A DNA stretch of 24,000 nt, taken from assembly GCF_046569695.1 (NCBI RefSeq), contig NZ_JBKHUI010000003.1, forward strand, positions 160,662 through 184,661. The letters run 5' to 3'. The number at the start of each line of letters is the position of its first letter. The first letter of the stretch is position 1. Positions 9,797-16,442 of this stretch are shown here, piece after piece. Both the position numbers and the translations under genes were made by a program. The DNA is from Kluyvera sp. 142486 (GTDB lineage: Bacteria > Pseudomonadota > Gammaproteobacteria > Enterobacterales > Enterobacteriaceae). The notes beneath the pieces are model-generated. The model searched no databases. It was not told the origin of the DNA and was given only the letters and a program-made list of their open reading frames with translations.

Positions 9797-10303
9797 TCAA
9801 GCGTTTTTTCGCCCGGCAATCCACTCTTGCACTTCCACCACAAAAGTATCCGGCGCTTTGCGATACATCTTGCGCGCCAGGTCCAGAATCGTATGCTGGC
9901 CTAACGCCTCTTCCATCCGCTGCTGCGCCATGTCCATCACCGAACGCACGCCACAGATACCTTCGCAGGCCCACTCCGGCGGCTGCTCATCAAACACCGC
10001 CAGACGCTGACGAATTTCCCGGCACTCAAAAATACGCTTATCGCCATCAATCGCGTTGACCACGTCCAGCACCGTAATGTCCTCAGCCGGTTTCGCCAGC
10101 TGAAAACCGCCGCCCTTCCCTTCGATGCTGCGCACCAGCCCGGCCTTCGACAGGCGAGTAAAGATTTTGGCCAGATAGTCATAGGGCACGCTTTGCAGTT
10201 CAGCAATTTCGCGCACGCTCATATCGCGGGCGTCGCCTTTGCCGTCCACCATGCACATCAGACTATGTATGCCGTACTCAACCCCAGAACTGTAGAATGC
10301 CAT
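9797..10303 (-). CDS. Rrf2 (BadM/IscR/NsrR) family transcriptional regulator
   Basis: 168-aa ORF with the Rrf2 wHTH region (MSVREIAELQSVPYDYLAKIFTRLSKAGLVRSIEGKGGGFQLAKP). Cysteines fall at positions 94, 113 and 117 by my count. Confidence 0.85.
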   Translation of the reverse strand: MAFYSSGVEYGIHSLMCMVDGKGDARDMSVREIAELQSVPYDYLAKIFTRLSKAGLVRSIEGKGGGFQLAKPAEDITVLDVVNAIDGDKRIFECREIRQRLAVFDEQPPEWACEGICGVRSVMDMAQQRMEEALGQHTILDLARKMYRKAPDTFVVEVQEWIAGRKNA

Positions 10304-10396
10304 GCGCTCTTATCTCAGCCAAAATGAATCTGAGTTATTGTAGCTTTTTCATCTGATGCATTCCAGATAGCAAGCATAAATACTGAACACGTAAAA

Positions 10397-10412
10397 ATTT
10401 AATTAATTAAAT
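10397..10412. promoter_or_regulatory. Perfect 16-bp AT palindrome ATTTAATTAATTAAAT in the Rrf2 / oxidoreductase divergent region
   Basis: Read directly; it is its own reverse complement. It is central in a visibly AT-rich 233-bp intergenic region. It is a possible operator, but could equally be low-complexity AT sequence. Confidence 0.25.
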
Positions 10413-10481
10413 ATCAAATAGATAATATCAAAATACGTCTTCTGGTACGTTTGCTGAAGCGAATCACGTTGCAATCCTTAA

Positions 10482-10516
10482 CTACGACCAATAAAATCCG
10501 AGTCAATTAATCGTAG
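10482..10516. promoter_or_regulatory. Imperfect inverted repeat CTACGAccAAT ... ATTaaTCGTAG just upstream of the oxidoreductase start
   Basis: 11-nt arms (9/11 complementary) separated by 13 nt, ending 20 nt before the ATG at 10537. It is either a candidate Rrf2 operator or a 5'-UTR hairpin. Confidence 0.3.
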
Positions 10517-10536
10517 TGAACAGTGAGACAAACCTA

Positions 10537-11736
10537 ATGCGTAAACAAATTCTGATCGTCGGTGCCGGTTTTGCCGGTATGTGGGCAGCGTTGAGCGCCG
10601 CGCGTCTGGCAGACAAACACCAGCAGGACGTTGATATTACGGTGATTGCGCCACAGCCAGAGCTGCGCGTTCGTCCGCGTTTTTATGAAAGCCACGTTCA
10701 GACGCTGGTTTCCCCACTGATGCCGCTGTTCGACGTTACTGGCGTGAACTTCCTGCGCGGTACCGTTGAGCAGATCCTTCCGACCTCGAAAGAGGTGAGC
10801 TGGAAAGACGAGAACGGCGAAGTGCGTCTGCGTTGCTACGACCGTCTGGTACTTGCCAGCGGTAGCCACGTTAACCGCGATATCGTTGCCGGAGCCGCTG
10901 AGCACGCGTTCGACCTCGACCAGCTGGAAAGCGCGACGGTGCTGGAGCAGCATCTGAAAGATCTGGCCGGGCAGCCTGAGAGCGACGCGCGCAACACCGT
11001 GGTGGTGTGCGGCGGCGGCTTCACCGGGATTGAGATGGCGCTGGAGCTTCCGGGCCGTCTGCGTGAAATCCTGGGTCAAGATGCTAAGACCAGAGTTGTC
11101 GTAGTTGAGCGCGGTGCACAGCCGGGCGGCCGCTGGAGCAAAGAGTTACGCGACGTGATTATCGAAGCCTCTGCCGAGCTGGGCGTGGAATGGCTGGTGA
11201 ACGCGGAAGTGGAGAGCGTGGATGCATCTGGCGTCACGCTGAAAGATGGGCAGGTCATCGCCTCACAGACCGTTATCTGGACCGTCGGCGTTCAGGCCAA
11301 TGGGCTGACCGCGCAGATTGATGCGCCGCGCGACCGTCAGGGTCGTCTGCACGTGAACGGCAACCTGCAGGTGCTGGGCCATGACGATATCTACGCCACC
11401 GGCGATGTGGCTTACGCCGCAACCGATGATAAAGGCAACCATGCGCTGATGACCTGCCAGCACGCCATTCTGCTAGGCAAATTCGCCGGGAACAACGCCG
11501 CGGCAAGCGTTCTGGAAGTCGCTCCTCTGCCGTACCGTCAGGAGATGTACGTCACCTGTCTGGATCTGGGCGCATGGGGTGCGGTTTATAGCGAAGGCTG
11601 GGATCAGCAGGTAAAGCTCAAGCGCGAAGAGGCGAAGAAGCTGAAAGTGTCGATTGTCAGCGAGCTGATTTACCCGCCGAAAGCGGATCGTGCTGTGGCG
11701 TTTGAGATTGCAGACCCGCTGGCACCGTTTGTTTAA
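10537..11736 (+). CDS. FAD-dependent pyridine nucleotide-disulfide oxidoreductase, NDH-2-like (type II NADH dehydrogenase family)
   Basis: Two Rossmann motifs: ILIVGAGFAGMWAAL at the N-terminus and VVVCGGGFTGIEMALEL mid-protein. A late ATGD motif (IYATGDVAY) is also present. I prefer the ATG at 10537 (MRKQILIVGAG...) over the GTG at 10516, but the start is uncertain by 7 codons. Confidence 0.82.
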   Translation: MRKQILIVGAGFAGMWAALSAARLADKHQQDVDITVIAPQPELRVRPRFYESHVQTLVSPLMPLFDVTGVNFLRGTVEQILPTSKEVSWKDENGEVRLRCYDRLVLASGSHVNRDIVAGAAEHAFDLDQLESATVLEQHLKDLAGQPESDARNTVVVCGGGFTGIEMALELPGRLREILGQDAKTRVVVVERGAQPGGRWSKELRDVIIEASAELGVEWLVNAEVESVDASGVTLKDGQVIASQTVIWTVGVQANGLTAQIDAPRDRQGRLHVNGNLQVLGHDDIYATGDVAYAATDDKGNHALMTCQHAILLGKFAGNNAAASVLEVAPLPYRQEMYVTCLDLGAWGAVYSEGWDQQVKLKREEAKKLKVSIVSELIYPPKADRAVAFEIADPLAPFV

Positions 11737-11747
11737 GATTGTGCAAG

Positions 11748-11785
11748 CTCCTCTCACCCCGGCCCTCTCCCCAAAGGGGCGAGGG
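11748..11785 (-). repeat. GC-rich palindromic repeat unit, copy A (inverted orientation)
   Basis: CTCCTCTCACCCCGG-CCCTCTCCCC-AAA-GGGGCGAGGG, a 10-bp stem with one mismatch. Its reverse complement (GGGGAGAGGG-CCGGGGTGAGAGGAG) parallels copy B. Confidence 0.6.
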
Positions 11786-11819
11786 AGAAAAGCAAAGGGT
11801 GCAAACCGCACGGTCGGTC

Positions 11820-11855
11820 CCCTCTCCCCCTGGGGAGAGGGTTAGGATGAGGGGG
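11820..11855 (+). repeat. GC-rich palindromic repeat unit, copy B
   Basis: CCCTCTCCCC-CT-GGGGAGAGGG followed by TTAGGATGAGGGGG. It has a perfect stem. The same family as copy A, in the opposite orientation. Confidence 0.6.
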
Positions 11856-11859
11856 AAAA

Positions 11860-12612
11860 TTACTCCGCCGTACCCGCATAAATATCAAATCGATGTCCTT
11901 TGGTGACCACCGCGTTCGGCGTCGCCACGTCCGCCAACGGCGGTGCGTAATCCGGGCGTTTCACTACTACGCGTTTGGTTGCCAACTGACGCGCCGGTTC
12001 CAGCAGACCATCCGCATCCAAATCCGGCCCCACCAGCGACTGAAACACGCGCATCTCCTTTTTCACCAGCGCGCTTTTCTGCTTATGCGGGAACATCGGA
12101 TCAAGGTACACCACCTGCGGGCGCGGGCTGATATCGGTTAACGCCGTCAGGCTGGACGCATGAATCAGCTGTAGCCGTTCTTGCAGCCACGGGCCGATTT
12201 CCGGGTCGACGTAACCGCGAGCCAGGCCGTCATCGAGCAGCGCCGCCACCACCGGGTTACGCTCCAGCATCCGCACGCGGCAACCAACGGAAGCCAGCAC
12301 GAACGCATCGCGTCCCAGCCCCGCCGTCGCATCCACCACGTCCGGCAGATAACCGCCTTTCACGCCCACGGCTTTCGCCACCGCCTCACCGCGACCGCCG
12401 CCGAATTTGCGTCGGTGCGCCATCGCCCCGCCGACAAAATCCACGAAGATGCCGCCAAGCTTTGGCTCATCGCGTTTACGCAGCTCCAGATGCTCCGGTG
12501 TCATCACCAGCGCCATCAGGTTGTCGTCGTCCTGCTCCAGCCCCCAGCGGGCGGCAAGAACAGATAAGGCGCCGTCTCCGGCGCCCGTTTCATCAAGTAA
12601 GCAGATTTTCAC
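11860..12612 (-). CDS. rsmJ: 16S rRNA (guanine1516-N2)-methyltransferase RsmJ (YhiQ)
   Basis: 250-aa ORF with a GTG start: [62 protein letters not shown]... It is colinear with recalled E. coli RsmJ and starts 8 nt after the prlC stop, indicating an operon. Confidence 0.93.
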   Translation of the reverse strand: MKICLLDETGAGDGALSVLAARWGLEQDDDNLMALVMTPEHLELRKRDEPKLGGIFVDFVGGAMAHRRKFGGGRGEAVAKAVGVKGGYLPDVVDATAGLGRDAFVLASVGCRVRMLERNPVVAALLDDGLARGYVDPEIGPWLQERLQLIHASSLTALTDISPRPQVVYLDPMFPHKQKSALVKKEMRVFQSLVGPDLDADGLLEPARQLATKRVVVKRPDYAPPLADVATPNAVVTKGHRFDIYAGTAE

Positions 12613-12620
12613 GACAACAA

Positions 12621-14663
12621 TCAGCCTTTGATCCCGTAATGCTCAAGCATCGCGTCCAGCTGAGGTTCACGGCCACGGAAGCGTTTGAACAGCGCCATTG
12701 GCTCTTCAGAACCGCCGCGGGTCAGGATGTTGTCGAGGAACGACTGTCCGGTCTGACGGTTGAAGATCCCCTCTTCCTCAAAGCGAGAGAAGGCATCTGC
12801 CGCCAGCACATCGGCCCACAGGTAGCTGTAGTAGCCTGCCGCGTAGCCACCGGCAAAGATGTGGCTGAAAGCATGCGGGAAGCGGCCCCAGGTTGGGCCT
12901 GGAACCACGGCAACCTGTTTCTTGATTTCGGCCAGCGTCTCGAGCACTTTCGCGCCCTGCTGCGGGTTGTACTGCGCATGCAGGCGGAAGTCGAACAGAC
13001 CGAACTCCAGCTGACGCAGGATAAACAGCGCCGCCTGGTAGTTTTTCGCCGCCAGCATTTTATCCAGCAGTTCCTTCGGCAGCGGTTCGCCGGTTTCAAA
13101 GTGGCCGGAGATAAACGCCAGCGCTTCCGGCTCCCAGCACCAGTTTTCCATAAACTGGCTCGGCAGCTCGACCGCATCCCACGGCACCCCGCTGATACCG
13201 GAAACACCGGCAGTTTCGATGCGCGTCAGCATGTGGTGCAGGCCGTGACCGAACTCATGGAACAGGGTGATCACTTCGTCATGAGTAAACAGCGCCGGTT
13301 TGCCGTTCACCGGGCGGTTAAAGTTACAGGTCAGGTAGGCGACCGGCTTTTGCAGCGTGCCGTCAAGTTTACGCATCTGGCCGACGCAGTCGTCCATCCA
13401 CGCCCCGCCGCGCTTGTGTTCACGGGCGTACAGGTCGAGGTAGAAGCTGCCGCGCAGTTCGTTGCTTTCGTCATACAGCTCGAAGAAGCGCACTTCCGGG
13501 TTCCAGACATCAACGTCGGTACGCTCTTTAGCGGTGATGCCGTAAATGCGCTTAACCACTTCGAACAGGCCGTTAACGGCTTTGTTTTCCGGGAAGTACG
13601 GGCGCAGCTGCTCATCGCTGATGCTATAGAGATGCTGTTTCTGTTTTTCGCTGTAGTAGGCAATATCCCACGGCTGCAGCTCGTCGACGCCGAATTCAGC
13701 TTTGGCGAAGGCGCGCAGCTGAGCCAGCTCTTTCTCACCCTGAGGACGGGCGCGCTTAGCGAGATCCGTCAGGAAGTCGAGCACCTGCTGTGGGTTTTCC
13801 GCCATTTTAGTGGCGAGCGATTTAAAGGCGTAGCTTTCAAAGCCCAGCAGTTGAGCCAGCTCGTGGCGCAGCGCCAGAATCTCTTCCATTACCGGGGTGT
13901 TGTCCCACTTACCGGCGTTCGGCCCCTGGTCGGAGGCGCGAGTGGAGTAGGCGCGATACAGCTCTTCGCGAAGCGCCTGGTTGTCGCAGTAGGTCATCAC
14001 CGGCAGGTAGCTCGGGATATCCAGGGTCAGCAGGTAGCCTTCCTGCTCTTTGGCTTCAGCCTGCGCTTTCGCCGCGGCCAGCGCACTTTCCGGCATGCCG
14101 GAGAGTTCAGATTCATCAGTAACCAGCTTGCTCCAGCCCATGGTGGCATCGAGCACGTTGTTGCTGTACTGGTTGCCAAGCTCGGACAGACGGGTCGCAA
14201 TTTCGCCGTAGCGCTGCTGCTTCTCTTTCGGCAGGCCGATACCGGACAATTCAAAATCACGCAGCGCGTTATCGACCGCTTTTTTCTGCGCGGTGTTCAG
14301 CGTGGCGTAGTTATCGCCATCGCGCAGGTCGCGGTAGGCGTTGTACAGCCCTTCGTTTTGACCGACCCAGGTGCTGTATTCCGACAGCAGCGGCAGCGTC
14401 TGCTCATAGGCTTCACGCAGTTCCGGGCTGTTCTGCACCGAGTTCAGGTGGCTCACCGGCGAGAAGATACGCCCCAGCACGTCGTCCACTTCCGCCAGCG
14501 GCTGGCAGAGGTTTTCCCAGCTATACGGCCCGCCCTGCGCCACTACGCGTTCCACATTCTCACGACAGTCGTTCAGTGCTTTGGTCACGGCAGGGACAAC
14601 ATGTTCGGGCTGAATCTGGGAAAACGGCGGTAGGTCGAAGGGGGTCAGTAATGGATTGGTCAT
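12621..14663 (-). CDS. prlC: Oligopeptidase A (M3 family zinc metallopeptidase)
   Basis: 680-aa ORF starting [30 protein letters not shown], with the HEFGH zinc motif ([13 protein letters not shown]). Length and sequence match recalled E. coli PrlC/OpdA. Confidence 0.95.
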   Translation of the reverse strand: MTNPLLTPFDLPPFSQIQPEHVVPAVTKALNDCRENVERVVAQGGPYSWENLCQPLAEVDDVLGRIFSPVSHLNSVQNSPELREAYEQTLPLLSEYSTWVGQNEGLYNAYRDLRDGDNYATLNTAQKKAVDNALRDFELSGIGLPKEKQQRYGEIATRLSELGNQYSNNVLDATMGWSKLVTDESELSGMPESALAAAKAQAEAKEQEGYLLTLDIPSYLPVMTYCDNQALREELYRAYSTRASDQGPNAGKWDNTPVMEEILALRHELAQLLGFESYAFKSLATKMAENPQQVLDFLTDLAKRARPQGEKELAQLRAFAKAEFGVDELQPWDIAYYSEKQKQHLYSISDEQLRPYFPENKAVNGLFEVVKRIYGITAKERTDVDVWNPEVRFFELYDESNELRGSFYLDLYAREHKRGGAWMDDCVGQMRKLDGTLQKPVAYLTCNFNRPVNGKPALFTHDEVITLFHEFGHGLHHMLTRIETAGVSGISGVPWDAVELPSQFMENWCWEPEALAFISGHFETGEPLPKELLDKMLAAKNYQAALFILRQLEFGLFDFRLHAQYNPQQGAKVLETLAEIKKQVAVVPGPTWGRFPHAFSHIFAGGYAAGYYSYLWADVLAADAFSRFEEEGIFNRQTGQSFLDNILTRGGSEEPMALFKRFRGREPQLDAMLEHYGIKG

Positions 14664-14723
14664 ATGCGCAGTCCTGGTCTAAGAAAGAAATGAAGCGCTC
14701 AGCGGCGCTTTAGCGATAGATCT

Positions 14724-14752
14724 AGAATGGGGGATAGTTGGGGGAATTTCAA
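14724..14752 (-). promoter_or_regulatory. Candidate sigma32 (heat-shock) promoter of prlC-rsmJ
   Basis: The minus strand reads TTGAAA (14752-14747), a 14-nt spacer, then CCCCATTCT (from 14732). This compares with the sigma32 consensus CTTGAAA-N13-14-CCCCATNT. It lies about 60-90 nt upstream of the prlC ATG. The -35 element overlaps the stop codon of the upstream LysE-family gene. prlC is a known sigma32 regulon member in E. coli. Confidence 0.6.
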
Positions 14753-15363
14753 TGATAGTGGGCACTCATTTCACCGACGTTGTAAACAATACCGAACAGC
14801 GCAACCGCCAGTAAAAACAGCGCGGAGAGGCGTTCGAGGCGAAGCGCATACTTTCCCGACAGCAGGCGCTGAACCGTCAGGATATAGAGCGACAGAACGG
14901 TAATATCAAACACTACCCACACCAGCGAGAGCGTCAGCATGCTCAGCGTGAAGTCCTGCGTGACGGCAATAAACTGCGGGAAGAAGGCGACGAAAAAGAG
15001 AATGTCCTTCGGGTTTGAAATACCCATCAGAAAGCCCTTCAGCAGGCCGCCGCGCGCGGGGGTAATCTGCGCCTCCTGCGCCTTGTGCATCAAGCTGCTG
15101 ATGGCGCTCCAGCCGATATAGAGCGAACCCGCTATCCCCAGCAGTGACAGCATGACCGGCGACAACGCCACCACGCCGAGCAGCATCAAGGTTGCCAGCA
15201 CAATCAGCACCAGCGACGCAGCGTTGGTCCCTATCAACGTGATAAACGCCCGGCGGCTGCCCTCACGCGCGGCGGTTCCCGTGACCAGCGCCACCACCGG
15301 GCCGGGGGTTGCCAGCAGCAGTAATACCGCCAGCATATAGGCGGCAAGTAACGTCAGATTCAT
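14749..15363 (-). CDS. LysE/RhtB family amino-acid (or homoserine-lactone) exporter
   Basis: 204-aa hydrophobic ORF starting MNLTLLAAYMLAVLLLLATPGPVVALV, with about six hydrophobic segments, the N-terminal TPGP motif and the NPKDILFF motif typical of the family. AAGGA lies 7 nt upstream of the ATG. Confidence 0.85.
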   Translation of the reverse strand: MNLTLLAAYMLAVLLLLATPGPVVALVTGTAAREGSRRAFITLIGTNAASLVLIVLATLMLLGVVALSPVMLSLLGIAGSLYIGWSAISSLMHKAQEAQITPARGGLLKGFLMGISNPKDILFFVAFFPQFIAVTQDFTLSMLTLSLVWVVFDITVLSLYILTVQRLLSGKYALRLERLSALFLLAVALFGIVYNVGEMSAHYH

Positions 15364-15381
15364 GGTTTTTCCTTAGGGAGA

Positions 15382-15456
15382 TCGGATAAGACGTTTACGC
15401 CGCCATCCGACGTTCGGCGGCGGCATGCCGGATGGCGCTACGCTTATCCGACCTAC
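15382..15456. repeat. Inverted pair of REP elements (BIME-like) in the LysE / LysR divergent region
   Basis: TCGGATAAGACGTTTACGCCGCCATCCGA (15382-15410) and GCCGGATGGCGCTACGCTTATCCGACCTAC (15427-15456). Each is internally palindromic (CGGAT...ATCCG). They are in opposite orientations and match the canonical enterobacterial REP pattern. Confidence 0.8.
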
Positions 15457-15518
15457 AACGTGATGCCCATTATTGGGTGGGACACGCGCGTTGAAAAACG
15501 GAAAAAACTACGCTTCAA

Positions 15519-15535
15519 TGTGAGTAAAACTCACA
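15519..15535. promoter_or_regulatory. Perfect palindrome TGTGAGT-AAA-ACTCACA upstream of the LysR gene (candidate LTTR autoregulatory site)
   Basis: 7-bp arms read directly from the sequence. It ends 13 nt before the ATG at 15549, so it would overlap the promoter or 5'-UTR. Confidence 0.35.
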
Positions 15536-15548
15536 ATAGAAAATCACC

Positions 15549-16442
15549 ATGTCGCTACCGCCGCTATACGCCCTGCGTGCTTTTGAAGCCGCTGTTCGCT
15601 TAGGTTCTTTCAGCAAAGCCGCTGAACGACTCAACGTCACGCCCGGCGCGGTAAGTCGTCATGTTCGCACCCTGGAGCAATGGTTCGACTGCGCGCTCTT
15701 TCAGCGCCACGGGCCGCGAGTCACCGTGACTGACGCCGGGCAAACGCTGGCGGCACAACTCGGTGAGGGCTTTCAAAGTCTGGAGCGGGCCTGCGAGGCG
15801 TTTGGCCGTCGTCGCCGCGAACTTCGCCTAAAAGCGCCGTCGACGCTGACCATGCGCTGGCTGCTGGCCGCGCTTTCGCCGCTGACTTCACCGCAAATTG
15901 CCCTCTCCAGCGTGTGGATGGATACCGATACGGTCGATTTCAGCCGTGAACCCTACGACTGCGCAATTTTACTGGGCAACGGCCAATTTGGCCCCGGAAC
16001 GCAAAGCCAGCTGCTGTTTGAAGAGTGGCTGGTGCCTATCTGTGCCCCCCAACTCACTGCGCAGGCCAGGGAAAATCTCGAACGCCGCGAGCTGATTCAC
16101 CCCTCCCCGGATCGCCGTGACTGGCGGCGCTGGCTAAAACGGACCGGGCAATTCCCGACGCTGAATACCGCACGCGGTAAGGTGTTCGATACCCTTGAGC
16201 AGGGCTATCTGGCGGCGATTGGCGGGCATGGGGTCGCCATGGGCGATTTACTGTTGAGCCAGGAAGCGCTCGCCAGCGGGCTGCTGACGCTGCCGTTTAA
16301 CGACGCCGTCGCCACCGGGGATGGTTACTGGCTGGTGTGGCCGCAGGGTTCGGCGCAATCGCAGGCGATTGAAAAGCTACATGAGCATTTAAAAAAGGCG
16401 ATACCGCAGCCGGTACCGCCTTCTCTCAATATGCTGCGCTAA
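15549..16442 (+). CDS. LysR-type transcriptional regulator (GcvA-like subfamily)
   Basis: 297-aa ORF starting MSLPPLYALRAFEAAVRLGSFSKAAERLNVTPGAVSRHVRTLEQWFDCALFQR. The LPPL..LRAFEAA N-terminus is typical of GcvA/AmpR-like LTTRs. Confidence 0.88.
   Translation: MSLPPLYALRAFEAAVRLGSFSKAAERLNVTPGAVSRHVRTLEQWFDCALFQRHGPRVTVTDAGQTLAAQLGEGFQSLERACEAFGRRRRELRLKAPSTLTMRWLLAALSPLTSPQIALSSVWMDTDTVDFSREPYDCAILLGNGQFGPGTQSQLLFEEWLVPICAPQLTAQARENLERRELIHPSPDRRDWRRWLKRTGQFPTLNTARGKVFDTLEQGYLAAIGGHGVAMGDLLLSQEALASGLLTLPFNDAVATGDGYWLVWPQGSAQSQAIEKLHEHLKKAIPQPVPPSLNMLR

Noticed and set aside
11473-11811. 112-aa minus-strand ORF spanning the oxidoreductase 3' end and repeat copy A
   Set aside because: Its N-terminus is translated from the GC-rich palindromic repeat and the rest is antisense to the oxidoreductase. 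It is an artefact of repeat sequence.
11748-11855. Possible CRISPR-like or tandem repeat array, given the repeated CCCTCTCCCC/GGGGAGAGGG motif
   Set aside because: There are only two copies, in inverted rather than direct orientation, with no regular spacer structure and no cas genes. They are better described as intergenic palindromic repeat units.
12722-13738. Same-strand alternative-frame ORFs inside prlC (161 aa at 12722-13207, 135 aa at 13331-13738)
   Set aside because: They are out-of-frame overlaps fully inside a well-supported 680-aa peptidase gene. Their composition is Arg/Ser/Cys-rich, typical of +1/+2 frames of GC-rich genes.
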